Below, one piece after another: positions 41,030-50,858 of a stretch of DNA of 64,000 nt. Source of the DNA: Candidatus Bathyarchaeota archaeon (GTDB lineage: Archaea > Thermoproteota > Bathyarchaeia > Bathyarchaeales > Bathycorpusculaceae); contig CAVRFW010000006.1 of assembly GCA_963720565.1 (NCBI GenBank), positions 1 through 64,000 of the forward strand, in the 5' to 3' direction. The notes beneath the pieces were generated by a model. The model was not told the origin of the DNA and ran no database searches. It saw only the letters and a program-made list of their open reading frames with translations. How positions within the stretch are numbered: the first letter of the stretch is position 1; each line of letters starts with the position of its first letter. The position numbers and the translations under genes were made by a program.

Positions 41030-43270
41030 CTACGGCGAAGTAATTACTCTGGTGTTGTACTCTTGCAGGTAGTTCAGGTGTTCTTGATCATATGGGTAGC
41101 TTTCTGTTGATGGATAAGGGAAGCCACTCATGTTGAGGAAGGGCAACGGGTCTACAGTCCAGTTGAATCCGTAACCCCAGTTTCCTGGTGGGTCCTTAAA
41201 CCAGCAAGCGACGAACAGGAAGTAGTCTCTTTCCATGCCCTCTTCAAGTGGCGATAGGTTCTCGGTTGAGAACTTCATGGAGACTTTGTCACCTTGCATT
41301 CCGATTACGTACATGTCATCAGCTTCCAGAAGTAAGGGGGTTACATCGCCATACTTGGTGAATGCTCCTGAGGCGGTCGACTTTGTGTCGCCGAAGCCAA
41401 TCTGCTCCAGAACGGCGGTAGGGTTGATTCTCTGGATTATGACGGCTTCTTGGGGAGAAGTGTCTATTGCTATGTAGTCGAAGGTTACATTCCAGTAATT
41501 GTTAATTCTGATTTGGTATTCGTTAACGTCTTCTGGGAAGATTCCTGTCAAGTCAACGACGAAACTTCTTGGAACATAATCCGAGGGTATGGGCATCGGC
41601 TTATCTTGGGAAACGCGCACCCAATGACCAGTTGAATTTTTAACTTCCATGTAAGTAGACGGACAGAGTTGCGTGCCGCTTGGCACTAATCCTTCATCGA
41701 ACGCTGCCTTAAAGCTGTCTATCCACTCGTAGTAGGGTTCAGCTTGACCCCAATCGACCATTCCGCGGACTACAAGTTTGATTTCTTGTGCACCAGATAA
41801 ATCGCCAAGGTTCAATGTCAACTGATTCATTTTGATGTTATCCCAGGACGGACTGAGAAGCCCATTCAGTCCTGGTGTAAAAACGCCGTCAGGCTCTAGT
41901 ATTTGACCCAAGACGTCCTCTCCTTTTTCATTGGTGGCTGAGAGTGGAGATGACAGGTCGTTTTTGCTTACGGAGTAGACTTGACCGTTGAAGAATTGGT
42001 TGACATAATTTACCATAGTTGTGTAGACATCCGTTCCAGCTGGGTGGTCAGCTACTATCAAATAAGCTGCATCAAGGTAGAATATTTCGTCCCATTGCTG
42101 AAACAGGACCAAATCATAATAGCCATCTCCGTCCACGTCTCTTGTCGCTAGCTGGTTTTTATCAAGTTTAACGAAGTCCCATGGGTTTCCGCCGCTGAAT
42201 ACGATATCGCCGTTTTCATCGATGTAATCGATGTAGCCTAGCCAGCCAGCATTTGAGACCTCGGTGACGTAGACATAATTTGTTCCATTCCAAAAATACA
42301 GAGAAGGACAAGATGCATATCCACTGATTAAAGTGTATGAGGCAACTACGATTAATCGGCTCTCCAGAGTTACCGTTGTCGTAGTGCTAGTAACGCCGTT
42401 GCTCCAATAGTCAAACTCGAACACGGCAGTGTCGGTTGTGAATGGATTAGGCACTGTAAGAGTATACTGTCCAACAGGCATGAGAGCTGAATATGGAGTC
42501 TTATAGGTTTCTCCGTTTAAGGTGAAGGGCAGGGCGGTTGAGCCTCCTCCTGACCTGTTTACTGTTAGTGTGTGATAGCCTGTTTTCACTATTACAAAGC
42601 TCCCACTTAGGCTGTTTACTCTGACTGTGTGCTTTCCTTCGGTTGTCGCGTTTACCGTGAATGCCACTGTTGTGGTTTCTCCCACTGCTAACTCAATTCT
42701 TCTGTTTTCCACCAGCGAATCATCCACGAAAAGTTTAACCGAAAGGACGTCTGTTTCGGTTCCCGTGTTGCTGGCTACAACTGAGATGGTTATGGGTTCA
42801 TCAACCCAGCCTTCATAGGGATTTGTAAGTAGGTTTGACAAGCGTATGCTACTTGCCGTTGGAGGTGCTTCTTTGATCAGGAATGAGCCAGTTAATCCGT
42901 CTATTTCAACCGTGTAGTTCCCTATGGCGGAAGCTAGATACATGAATTCTACAATGGTTGAGGTGTGGTTACCGGCGAGTATGATTGTTTGGTTTTCAAT
43001 CAGCACATTATTGATTGTAAGGTTAGCAATGTGGGTGCCCTCAAGGTCACCTATGTTGGTAACGTTGACCGAGAAGAAAGTTGGCTCACCTTCTTCAGCT
43101 TCAACCGGATTAATAGTGAGGTCAGTTACCTTGAATTCACTCGGTTTCAGTTCGGCAGCGATTAAGCCTTCATTCTGAAGATAAATGTAAGTCCCAGCAG
43201 CCACAGCTACGATTATTATGTCAATTATTAGAATCGCTTTCATTTTGGTTATGCCTGAGCGGGACAGCAT
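41030..43270 (-). CDS. Secreted/anchored protein with two CARDB-like Ig domains and a C-terminal SCP-xx-YxWNG domain
   Basis: N-terminal RSG/ITKMKAILIIDIIIVAVAAG anchor, VNVTNIG and VVASNTG Ig repeats, SCPSLYFWNG...WFKD...PLPF..M..FPY...E.YP...YNTR. Confidence 0.8.
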   Translation of the reverse strand: MLSRSGITKMKAILIIDIIIVAVAAGTYIYLQNEGLIAAELKPSEFKVTDLTINPVEAEEGEPTFFSVNVTNIGDLEGTHIANLTINNVLIENQTIILAGNHTSTIVEFMYLASAIGNYTVEIDGLTGSFLIKEAPPTASSIRLSNLLTNPYEGWVDEPITISVVASNTGTETDVLSVKLFVDDSLVENRRIELAVGETTTVAFTVNATTEGKHTVRVNSLSGSFVIVKTGYHTLTVNRSGGGSTALPFTLNGETYKTPYSALMPVGQYTLTVPNPFTTDTAVFEFDYWSNGVTSTTTTVTLESRLIVVASYTLISGYASCPSLYFWNGTNYVYVTEVSNAGWLGYIDYIDENGDIVFSGGNPWDFVKLDKNQLATRDVDGDGYYDLVLFQQWDEIFYLDAAYLIVADHPAGTDVYTTMVNYVNQFFNGQVYSVSKNDLSSPLSATNEKGEDVLGQILEPDGVFTPGLNGLLSPSWDNIKMNQLTLNLGDLSGAQEIKLVVRGMVDWGQAEPYYEWIDSFKAAFDEGLVPSGTQLCPSTYMEVKNSTGHWVRVSQDKPMPIPSDYVPRSFVVDLTGIFPEDVNEYQIRINNYWNVTFDYIAIDTSPQEAVIIQRINPTAVLEQIGFGDTKSTASGAFTKYGDVTPLLLEADDMYVIGMQGDKVSMKFSTENLSPLEEGMERDYFLFVACWFKDPPGNWGYGFNWTVDPLPFLNMSGFPYPSTESYPYDQEHLNYLQEYNTRVITSP

Positions 43271-43534
43271 GAACGTTCGCACTGACAGTAATTGAATCAA
43301 CGAATATTTATTTGTAACCTTCCAAGATCTGCTTTGACGTTCTCTCTTCTCAGGAGAAAATGGTTGCTGGCAAACCTTTGACACGAGTATTAAAAAGACA
43401 AAGTCTATCCAGAGAGGGAGGTCTACTATCAGTAAATATCACAGAATATTTAGTCAATTGCTCTTTCAGCGTCAAGGTAAAGAAATGCTTATAGGGTATT
43501 GTTGTGGCTTAAAACTTCAGAAGCGCATTGTAAT

Positions 43535-43612
43535 GGGCGGGTAGATCAGCCTGGTACGATCGCCACGTTGGCATCGTGGAGGCCGCGGGTTCGAATCCCG
43601 CCCCGTCCACCA
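43535..43612 (+). tRNA. tRNA-Ala(GGC)
   Basis: G3:U70 pair in GGGCGGG/CCCGTCC, loop TTGGCAT, encoded CCA. Confidence 0.96.
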
Positions 43613-43629
43613 ATCAGATGTTTCATTGG

Positions 43630-43989
43630 TTATGCTTCTTTAGCAGGTATTCTTCCGCCTATGGCTCGGTTGATGACCTTCGCGTACTTGTTTGTAAGGT
43701 TCACTATGTCTTTGTCTGTTTGGTCAGAACCACCGTAGAGGAGGCCGTTTTGACTGCGTCTGAAAATCACCGACATTTCTTTTCCATCTTTAAGTTTGAT
43801 TCTTAGCTGAGTAAGGTTGGTGAGAAAGTGCGTTTCGACGATAGCACCGGAGATGTTTTCAAGGAGAGTCTCTCCTATTATGTTGTCTTTATCGAGAATA
43901 AGTAAGCGTTGGTTGGTTACAGCGATGGTGTTTCCCCAACCGGTTTTGCCTTTGTCTATTATAAGGTGTTCGCCAGGTTTAAGCCTCAC
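43630..43989 (-). CDS. Hypothetical protein, PH-like domain
   Basis: LKPGEHLI...IAVTNQRLLI...LRIKLKDG bacterial-PH-like pattern. Confidence 0.65.
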   Translation of the reverse strand: MRLKPGEHLIIDKGKTGWGNTIAVTNQRLLILDKDNIIGETLLENISGAIVETHFLTNLTQLRIKLKDGKEMSVIFRRSQNGLLYGGSDQTDKDIVNLTNKYAKVINRAIGGRIPAKEA

Positions 43990-44094
43990 CTTTTCGCCCC
44001 CTTACAGTGTAATATGTTCAAAGATGTTATTATAAATTGAGACATACTTCGAGGTTTTTAATCGAAAAATTATTAGTCTGAGTCGTTCTATAAC

Positions 44095-44529
44095 TTGTTT
44101 GGGGAAGTTGGGTGCCCGCGTATGTGCGCCTCCAGTGATTCTTCAAAGTTTGCAATGCAAGAGAAGAGAAAAGTGCTCAGCATGTTAAGAGAGATGTGGC
44201 TAGAAGGAGATTCCCCCTTGCGGCGCATATACTCTTCGTGGGAGCAGCTTGAGGAAAATTTGGAGTTAACTTCGGAAGCGACAAGCACAGAGAAGCGCAC
44301 ACTCAAGCCATGCCCTTACTGCGGCGCAAACCAGAATGTAGCTGTACCGATAGCGGGGATTTTTCCATATCAAAACTGCAAATCATGCAAAAATGCCTTC
44401 CATGTCAGCAAGAACTTGATTGTAAGAGAGCTAACTGATGAAGAGAAAAGAGAAATACCCAACGCGTGGTTTCAGGTCATCGAAGATTTGAGCAGGAAAA
44501 AAGTGGCAGTGGTTTTCAGAATAGAGTGA
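44095..44529 (+). CDS. Zinc-ribbon hypothetical protein
   Basis: CPYCG...CKSC pair; real start probably further downstream. Confidence 0.6.
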   Translation: MFGEVGCPRMCASSDSSKFAMQEKRKVLSMLREMWLEGDSPLRRIYSSWEQLEENLELTSEATSTEKRTLKPCPYCGANQNVAVPIAGIFPYQNCKSCKNAFHVSKNLIVRELTDEEKREIPNAWFQVIEDLSRKKVAVVFRIE

Positions 44530-44843
44530 AATAACGGCAGACGCTCTCCTATCGCACTCTTGTAAATCCCTTCAATTCACCTCTTTGATTGCTGTTTCTT
44601 TCGCGTTTGACTTCGGAACTGCAGCAATTCGTCAAATGCGCGTGCGCTAACTTGATTAAGAATCCTTTAGAGATACATAAAAACTTGCAAAACTACTTTG
44701 CTTTTTAGGCGTTAAATGAGTTTGAAGATTTCTTGGGAAAGCATTTCTACAGACTATTATTCGGGGTACTAAAATGTCGCGTAAAAACTGAAGTAAGCTT
44801 CAAACGAAGAGTGAATAAAAAGAAAAAAGTGGGTGCAGTTGGC

Positions 44844-45416
44844 TTAGTAGTTTTCTACCCAGACTTCGAAGTAGCTTTGCTCGTGGCTACAGACGGGACA
44901 CGGTGATGGTGCTTCGCTGCCCTCGTGCACGTAACCGCAGTTTCGGCATTTCCACTTGATTGGTGCATCTTTCTTGAAAACTTTGCCTTGGCGTACATTG
45001 GCCAGAAGCTTTAGGTAGCGTTTCTCATGGTAGGCCTCTACTTTAGCCACATTCCTGAAAGTTGAGGCAACATCCGTGAAGCCTTCTTGGTCAGCTACTT
45101 CTGCAAACTGAGGGTACAAAGTGCCCCATTCCAGATTCTCACCATCGGCGGCTGCCTTCAAATTCCCCGAAGTTGGTCCTATGATCCCTGCTGGATAAGA
45201 CGCGGTTATTTCAACATCTCCGCCTTGCAGATGTTTAAAGAAAAGTTCTGCATGTTCTTTCTCGTTGTCCGCAGTCTCCTGGAATATTGCAGCTATCTGC
45301 TCGTATCCTTCTTTCTTGGCTTTGCTGGAAAAGAAAGTGTACCTGGTTCTAGCCTGAGATTCGCCTGCAAACGATGCCAAAAGATTCCTCTCTGTTTTGC
45401 TGCCTTTCAAATCCAT
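44844..45416 (-). CDS. rbr: Rubrerythrin
   Basis: FAGESQA, EKEHA, EAYH diiron motifs; CRNCG...CPVC rubredoxin domain. Confidence 0.96.
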   Translation of the reverse strand: MDLKGSKTERNLLASFAGESQARTRYTFFSSKAKKEGYEQIAAIFQETADNEKEHAELFFKHLQGGDVEITASYPAGIIGPTSGNLKAAADGENLEWGTLYPQFAEVADQEGFTDVASTFRNVAKVEAYHEKRYLKLLANVRQGKVFKKDAPIKWKCRNCGYVHEGSEAPSPCPVCSHEQSYFEVWVENY

Positions 45417-45578
45417 GACGTTCAATCTCCTATTGGCAGTCTATTGGAATTGAACAATAAAAGGGTTGCTTGGACTGCCTATTTACCTTAATTGGAAAAC
45501 TCGTTTCACATGGACCATGGTTCTTAGCAAAAGATATTGAGGTAATTCTCTATTTTCCGTATGTTTTTTTCTCATTAG

Positions 45579-46262
45579 TTGACGCAATGTTCAAAAGAAA
45601 CCGCTAATCATGATACGGTAACAATGATACCCTTATTGAATGTTAACTGGCAAGATCTTTCCACGCCTTATTCACCGGGCTACCGAGACACTGAAGTATT
45701 AGCCTTCATAGAAGAGGAAGACATGACCACGTTCACATTTGATGGCCTGAAGCGCAGACTTGGCTTGCATCCTGAGACGCTTTCGCGTATACTTAATAGG
45801 CTAGAGCAAGAGGGTATAGTCAAGAAAAACTCGGATGGTTACACGGTAACTCCGAAAATCACCAAACTCGGACTCCGCCTTCAACACAATGAAGAACCAA
45901 GCACACCATTATTGCAGACATTTCTACCCTCCGATGTGCTTCCTCATCACCTTATTGCCAAGATCAAGGGAAAATGGTTCGGGAGCCTTCGTTGGTTAGG
46001 CGTATCAGAGAACAGTGAAGGCGTCAGATTGAAGTGGATAACAGAAGACGGCGGTATCCAGCTGAATGCAAAAATTCAGGGAACCGAGCTTAGCATAGAG
46101 GCGAAGTTTTTAACGTGCAGTGACCTTGACTTGGCTTTGAAAGCTGCGTACCAGCTGATGGCATACATAAGCAGACAGTGCGCGGGTACAAGACTGGCGA
46201 GGCATGTATCAATCTACGGCAACTCAAATGCGTATCCTTACGCTTACTTCACTGTTGCATAA
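45579..46262 (+). CDS. Winged-helix transcriptional regulator-like protein
   Basis: FTFDGLKRRLGLHPETLSRILNRLEQEGIV wHTH. Confidence 0.8.
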   Translation: MTQCSKETANHDTVTMIPLLNVNWQDLSTPYSPGYRDTEVLAFIEEEDMTTFTFDGLKRRLGLHPETLSRILNRLEQEGIVKKNSDGYTVTPKITKLGLRLQHNEEPSTPLLQTFLPSDVLPHHLIAKIKGKWFGSLRWLGVSENSEGVRLKWITEDGGIQLNAKIQGTELSIEAKFLTCSDLDLALKAAYQLMAYISRQCAGTRLARHVSIYGNSNAYPYAYFTVA

Positions 46263-46339
46263 TTTTTGTGACTGACTTTCATGGTTCCTTAGTCAACAAA
46301 TACTTTTTCGTCATATTCAATTTTAAGGTGAAAAACGAA

Positions 46340-47272
46340 ATGAGTCAATTAGTTAATCCATTAGAAGTGTTGAAATCACTTTCTGAAGCTACGAGTACAC
46401 TTGTCCAGCAAACCTCCCAGTCGGTTGTCAGCATAAACTCCAGAATGTCCCGAGGTACAGGAATAATCCTGAATTCTGAAGGGTACATAATCACCTGCAA
46501 CCACGTCCTCCAAGGATGCAACATAGTGAAAATAGGGCAAGGACAAAAAACATTCAACGCAAAAATAGTTGCCACGGATCCGTACAACGATATTGCGTTG
46601 CTCAAGGCAGAAAACGGAAAGTTCCAACCAGCAGAACTTGGCGACTCAGACAAACTCAAAGTAGGTCAATATGTTATAGCAATCGCTAACCCCTTTAACA
46701 GGGAACAGGCAACAGCCACGACGGGAACAATAACAAGCGTAAACGGTACTCTCAGAGGTTGGCAGGGAACGCATATGGAGAACATTATAAGTACAGACGC
46801 GAAACTCATTCCAGGCTTTTCAGGTGGACCCTTGGCAGATGTTGATGGCAAGATAGTAGGAATAAACACGGCATATGTTTGGCAACGTGGCATAGCGATT
46901 CCAATAAACAAAGTGAAAGCCATAGCTGACAGACTAATGACCGGAAGAGCAGCTAAAAAAGCCTACTTGGGCGTAATCGCAAACACTATAGCCATTCCAG
47001 AAGAGCTCGCAACGCAATTGGAAACAGACCAAGAAACCGGAGTCATGATTTTCTCAGTGGAGCCCAATTCACCTGCAAGAAAAGCAGGTTTAATGATGGG
47101 TGATGTAATAATGAAGTTCAACGGAAAACCCATTGTCAACTTCTACGACCTACCAAGATGCTTAGCCGAAGATATAGTCGGAAAAGAGACACAACTAACA
47201 ATCTTGCGCGGAGAAAAACTACTCGAGCTCAGTATCACACCAAAAGAAGCCGAAGATGAAAACGATGAATAA
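46340..47272 (+). CDS. HtrA/DegP-like trypsin protease with PDZ domain, no signal peptide
   Basis: TCNHV, NDIALL, PGFSGGP catalytic triad; AYLGV...SPARKAGL..GDVI PDZ. Confidence 0.93.
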   Translation: MSQLVNPLEVLKSLSEATSTLVQQTSQSVVSINSRMSRGTGIILNSEGYIITCNHVLQGCNIVKIGQGQKTFNAKIVATDPYNDIALLKAENGKFQPAELGDSDKLKVGQYVIAIANPFNREQATATTGTITSVNGTLRGWQGTHMENIISTDAKLIPGFSGGPLADVDGKIVGINTAYVWQRGIAIPINKVKAIADRLMTGRAAKKAYLGVIANTIAIPEELATQLETDQETGVMIFSVEPNSPARKAGLMMGDVIMKFNGKPIVNFYDLPRCLAEDIVGKETQLTILRGEKLLELSITPKEAEDENDE

Positions 47273-47414
47273 CCAATCACCAACAAAACTTGAACCGCCA
47301 CAACCACTAAGACCACTACCGAACCGCCCATTTCCATTTCCAAACCCAAGAATCAGCAAAAACACACACGAAACACTTTCTCCCTTTCCTCTTATCCGAG
47401 AGTACTGGAACTAG
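47265..47414 (+). CDS. Possible proline-rich 49-aa peptide coupled to the HtrA stop
   Basis: ATG overlaps the HtrA 3' end; MNNQSPTKLEPPQPLRPLPNRPFPFPNPRISKNTHETLSPFPLIREYWN*. Confidence 0.35.
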   Translation: MNNQSPTKLEPPQPLRPLPNRPFPFPNPRISKNTHETLSPFPLIREYWN

Positions 47415-47539
47415 CCAGAGGGTAATATAGCAATAATCTCAGTGGCAAAGAGGATTATGCACAGAACCAACTGATGCGCAACTTGTGTTCATCCTATTGG
47501 GTATTGAGCATAACCTTGAGACGCTGTTGTTTACTTGCT

Positions 47540-48559
47540 CTAATTGCCCTTAACGGCTGCAACTGTCCTCTTCAATAGCAACTGGGCTGCTTCTTGGGAA
47601 GGCCAGCCTCCAAGTCCGCAGTCTGGACCTGCAAACGTCATCCTGTCGCCATATTTCGCCTTGGCACTTAGATATCTTTTCCTAATGTTTTCTTTGTCTT
47701 CTGCCAACTGCTCTGACGTAGGCTTCGCAATATTTCTGTCTTGGAGTTCCGCAAGGATAGAGTCTATATCCGTTCTTGCTATACCAACCCGAATTTGCTT
47801 GTCGGCGCCATCCAACATTTTTTTGGAAACCGAATCGATATTCCTCGGGGAACCAGCATATTCGAAAGACAGGACATCTATGTTCTTCACACAGAGTAAA
47901 TCCGGTAATCGTGTTGCCGAGTGTAGGTGAATCTGGCGAACTGCCCCGTGAAAACTAAAAGCTTTTTCCAGAACATCACTTAGAACATCAGTTCCAGCGG
48001 CAATGTTCATGAAACCATAACTTGGCTCATCTATCGAAACAACCTCAGTCTTCACGTACTTGGTGTTTAAGACCGCGTTTTTAGCGAAACGTTTTATCGT
48101 CTCCGCGAAGTTTTCAAGAACATCGCTGTATGGTACGGTGCCAATTTCCTTCAGATACTGCTCCATGGGACCAAAGAGCGAAATTCGCAACAGAATCTTT
48201 CCAAATTCCTCGCTGAGATTTTTAGCTTCTTCTTTGATAACGTACACTTCTGGCAGAAACGCTTCCTTGTCCTCTACTAGAAAGGATCCCGCGTTCATTG
48301 CAATGTGAATAGCGTCGCCAACTTGTTTTATTCCATCATACTGCTGAGGATAGGTTACGGCGTCCAAGCCTGAAGAGAGCTTTGTTTTAAACGATTCGAG
48401 AGTTACTCTATAAAAATTTTCCAATAAAAATTCGTCTTTTCGGATGTCCTTTCCGTTGCGTATGGCTTCCCTTGAAAGGCCATAAGCCTTGTTGAATGTC
48501 TCCCTTTCAACCGTAGGGGATAAAGGGAAACTTCCTACATCGTCAACTATCGTTTCCAT
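47540..48559 (-). CDS. Cobalamin-independent methionine synthase catalytic-domain-like protein
   Basis: DDVGSFP, SIDEP, IHLH, SFE, GPDCGL. Confidence 0.8.
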   Translation of the reverse strand: METIVDDVGSFPLSPTVERETFNKAYGLSREAIRNGKDIRKDEFLLENFYRVTLESFKTKLSSGLDAVTYPQQYDGIKQVGDAIHIAMNAGSFLVEDKEAFLPEVYVIKEEAKNLSEEFGKILLRISLFGPMEQYLKEIGTVPYSDVLENFAETIKRFAKNAVLNTKYVKTEVVSIDEPSYGFMNIAAGTDVLSDVLEKAFSFHGAVRQIHLHSATRLPDLLCVKNIDVLSFEYAGSPRNIDSVSKKMLDGADKQIRVGIARTDIDSILAELQDRNIAKPTSEQLAEDKENIRKRYLSAKAKYGDRMTFAGPDCGLGGWPSQEAAQLLLKRTVAAVKGN

Positions 48560-48725
48560 GACAACATAGTGCAGTTTGAATTCTTTAAAGATATCCACAA
48601 AGTAAGTGTTTTTTGGGCATTGTAGCAAAGCCACGGTAAATGGATTCTTGCTTAGAAAACTTCCATTCAGGAGCACCTATAAAAGGGGGAAAACATATGT
48701 GTCAATAGCAAAAGCTTGGGTTAGA

Positions 48726-49058
48726 ATGACTGAAGAACCTGGTATCAATGAAGCGCCCTCTCCTGAGAAACTCCTGATTGACGAACAAATGAATTTTCCA
48801 TTTCATGCTGCTTATCTTGTTTACTCTGAAGCATTTGATAATGTGACCAGCAACGATGCCAAGAAAGAACTAAACAGCAATATTGAAGCGCTCAAACAAA
48901 ACAAGATTGACCACGAAACATTCTACATGAATATCTCCAAATACCGAAAACAAAACTCCATTCCACACCAAGAGAGGTTTTCCCTGCAAACGCAGAGAAA
49001 AAGAGACTGGCGCATGAAAACCCAGAGGCAAGACAGAATAAAAAGACACAAGAAATAG
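48726..49058 (+). CDS. Hypothetical protein with basic C-terminus
   Basis: 110-aa ORF from ATG 48726. Confidence 0.7.
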   Translation: MTEEPGINEAPSPEKLLIDEQMNFPFHAAYLVYSEAFDNVTSNDAKKELNSNIEALKQNKIDHETFYMNISKYRKQNSIPHQERFSLQTQRKRDWRMKTQRQDRIKRHKK

Positions 49059-49270
49059 AAAAAATGTTCTAGTTTTGGCTTTTCCACTTATCAGAATCTG
49101 GACGTTAGTTTGAAGAATCTTCTCGAGAGTTTGGAGATTATCATACAGAAAATATGCTTTTTTGCGCAACGAAAAAATTGCCATTCGTGTAACTGGGAGT
49201 TGCAGATAATTTGCGGAAATTCTTAACGAACAACAAGTTCGCGAAAAGGTTTTTGATTGACGGTTAATGC

Positions 49271-50134
49271 TTAAGCTTTTGGTGTTGCTTTCTCAACGGC
49301 TTTGTTTAGGCTAAGTAATTCTGCTTGTGCTTTTCTTATCAAATCTCCAATGGTTTCTTTAGTCGGTATAGCAGCTCCCAGCGACAAAGCAAATGCTTTC
49401 TGATGTGCAATCTGCAGAAGGGCAGCAATGTTTTCAGAGGTGGGGTATGCGAGGGTTAAGGACAAAGCGAATGCTTCAGCAGTGCTTTGTTCGAGATTTT
49501 TGCGCGTGCCATCAACATCCACCTTAAGCTGGTTTCCGACAATAATCAGACCTTCATCATAAACTGCCTGCATTGCCAAGCCCGCTTCAACTGCTTTAAC
49601 GCCTAATTTTGATAAGACTCCAGCAAGCCTTTCGTTAATGGCTTCGCCCTTTCGCACAACCAAGGTGTCTTTGCTTACCCAGACGCTTCCAGATTCGATT
49701 CTTGTTGGCAAGCCAGCAGCATTGAGTTGACTGATGATTGGACCAGGGGGTTGCCCGGTGTTTCCAGCGGGAATCACTACGTCCATAGCCGCTATATCGC
49801 CTGATTTCGCTGTGGTCTTAACTTTTCCGCGTTCTAATAGAAGAGCTAATTTGAACGGGTTAAGGTTAGTAAAAAGCAGTATGTTTGATCCGGCTAAGTA
49901 GGCTTCAAGTTTTTGTAAGTTCTCTTTTCCAAGCTCGTCAATGGCTAGTTTCATGAGGGTGTTCTTGAGAACCCTCATGTAGACCTTGCCCGATAGGTTC
50001 TTCTTTAGTTCTTGAAGTTGGGTTGCGCGGACTTTCTGTAGGCTTGCAACACCTATGAACTTGTATTCTTGAAGCAGGTCTTTGATTGCTTCAACCTCAG
50101 CAGATTTTGCGTCTAATACTTGTTGAGAAGGCAT
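49271..50134 (-). CDS. rpl10: 50S ribosomal protein L10 (P0)
   Basis: RVLKNTL, TNLNPFKL, GNTGQPPGP, AYPT/AIPT spine repeats. Confidence 0.96.
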   Translation of the reverse strand: MPSQQVLDAKSAEVEAIKDLLQEYKFIGVASLQKVRATQLQELKKNLSGKVYMRVLKNTLMKLAIDELGKENLQKLEAYLAGSNILLFTNLNPFKLALLLERGKVKTTAKSGDIAAMDVVIPAGNTGQPPGPIISQLNAAGLPTRIESGSVWVSKDTLVVRKGEAINERLAGVLSKLGVKAVEAGLAMQAVYDEGLIIVGNQLKVDVDGTRKNLEQSTAEAFALSLTLAYPTSENIAALLQIAHQKAFALSLGAAIPTKETIGDLIRKAQAELLSLNKAVEKATPKA

Positions 50135-50150
50135 TAAATTCCACTTCGCA

Positions 50151-50801
50151 TTATGGTTTAATCTTCACAGGGGAGCCCATAGATGTCTTGATAAATGCGA
50201 ACTTGACATTTTTCAGACCACGTTTGAGTTTTCCCTCTAGAAGTCTCAAAACCGCTTGAATGTTGTTAACTAGTTCTTCGTCACTCATCTTTTCAGAGCC
50301 AACGGAAACCTGGATGATTGGTTGGTTACGCATACGTACAACAACCGTGTTCCGGTTCTTTGTTATGACGGTCGCTATGTCGGCATTAGGAGGAACAGGT
50401 ACAGGCATTTTTCCTCTTGGACCCAAGACTGGACCTAGAATTTTTCCGACTAGGGGCATTAATGGGGTTTCAGAAATGAACACGTCATAACTGCTTGCGA
50501 GTTTCCGCAGGTCTTTCTTCTTTCCGGCTAATCCTTCCAAGTCAACGCGTTCTATAACTTTGTCAGCCTGCGCATTACGTGCTTTAAGCGCTAGCTCTCC
50601 AGATGCGATTATGCAGATTTTATTAGGTTTTCCAGTAGCATGAGGCAGCTCGAGAACCGCTTGAATCTTGCCCTCAGGAGCCTTCATGTCAATCTCCTTA
50701 ATGTCGAAAATTAAATCCACTGTCTGGTTAAACTTTTTCTGTCCAGACTTGGATTTCGCTTCTTTTACCGCTTCTAATAGTGTCTTGTTATCTAAGGGCA
50801 T
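50151..50801 (-). CDS. rpl1: 50S ribosomal protein L1
   Basis: FNQTVDL, LGPVLGPRGKMP, KTSMG. Confidence 0.97.
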   Translation of the reverse strand: MPLDNKTLLEAVKEAKSKSGQKKFNQTVDLIFDIKEIDMKAPEGKIQAVLELPHATGKPNKICIIASGELALKARNAQADKVIERVDLEGLAGKKKDLRKLASSYDVFISETPLMPLVGKILGPVLGPRGKMPVPVPPNADIATVITKNRNTVVVRMRNQPIIQVSVGSEKMSDEELVNNIQAVLRLLEGKLKRGLKNVKFAFIKTSMGSPVKIKP

Positions 50802-50858
50802 CTTTATGGCCTCGTGCCAATGAGGTGTTGGAACCCAGTTATAAAAATATTCACTTAT

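Noticed and set aside
43499..43806. ORFs overlapping tRNA-Ala
   Set aside because: Overlap a clear tRNA and the antisense PH-like gene
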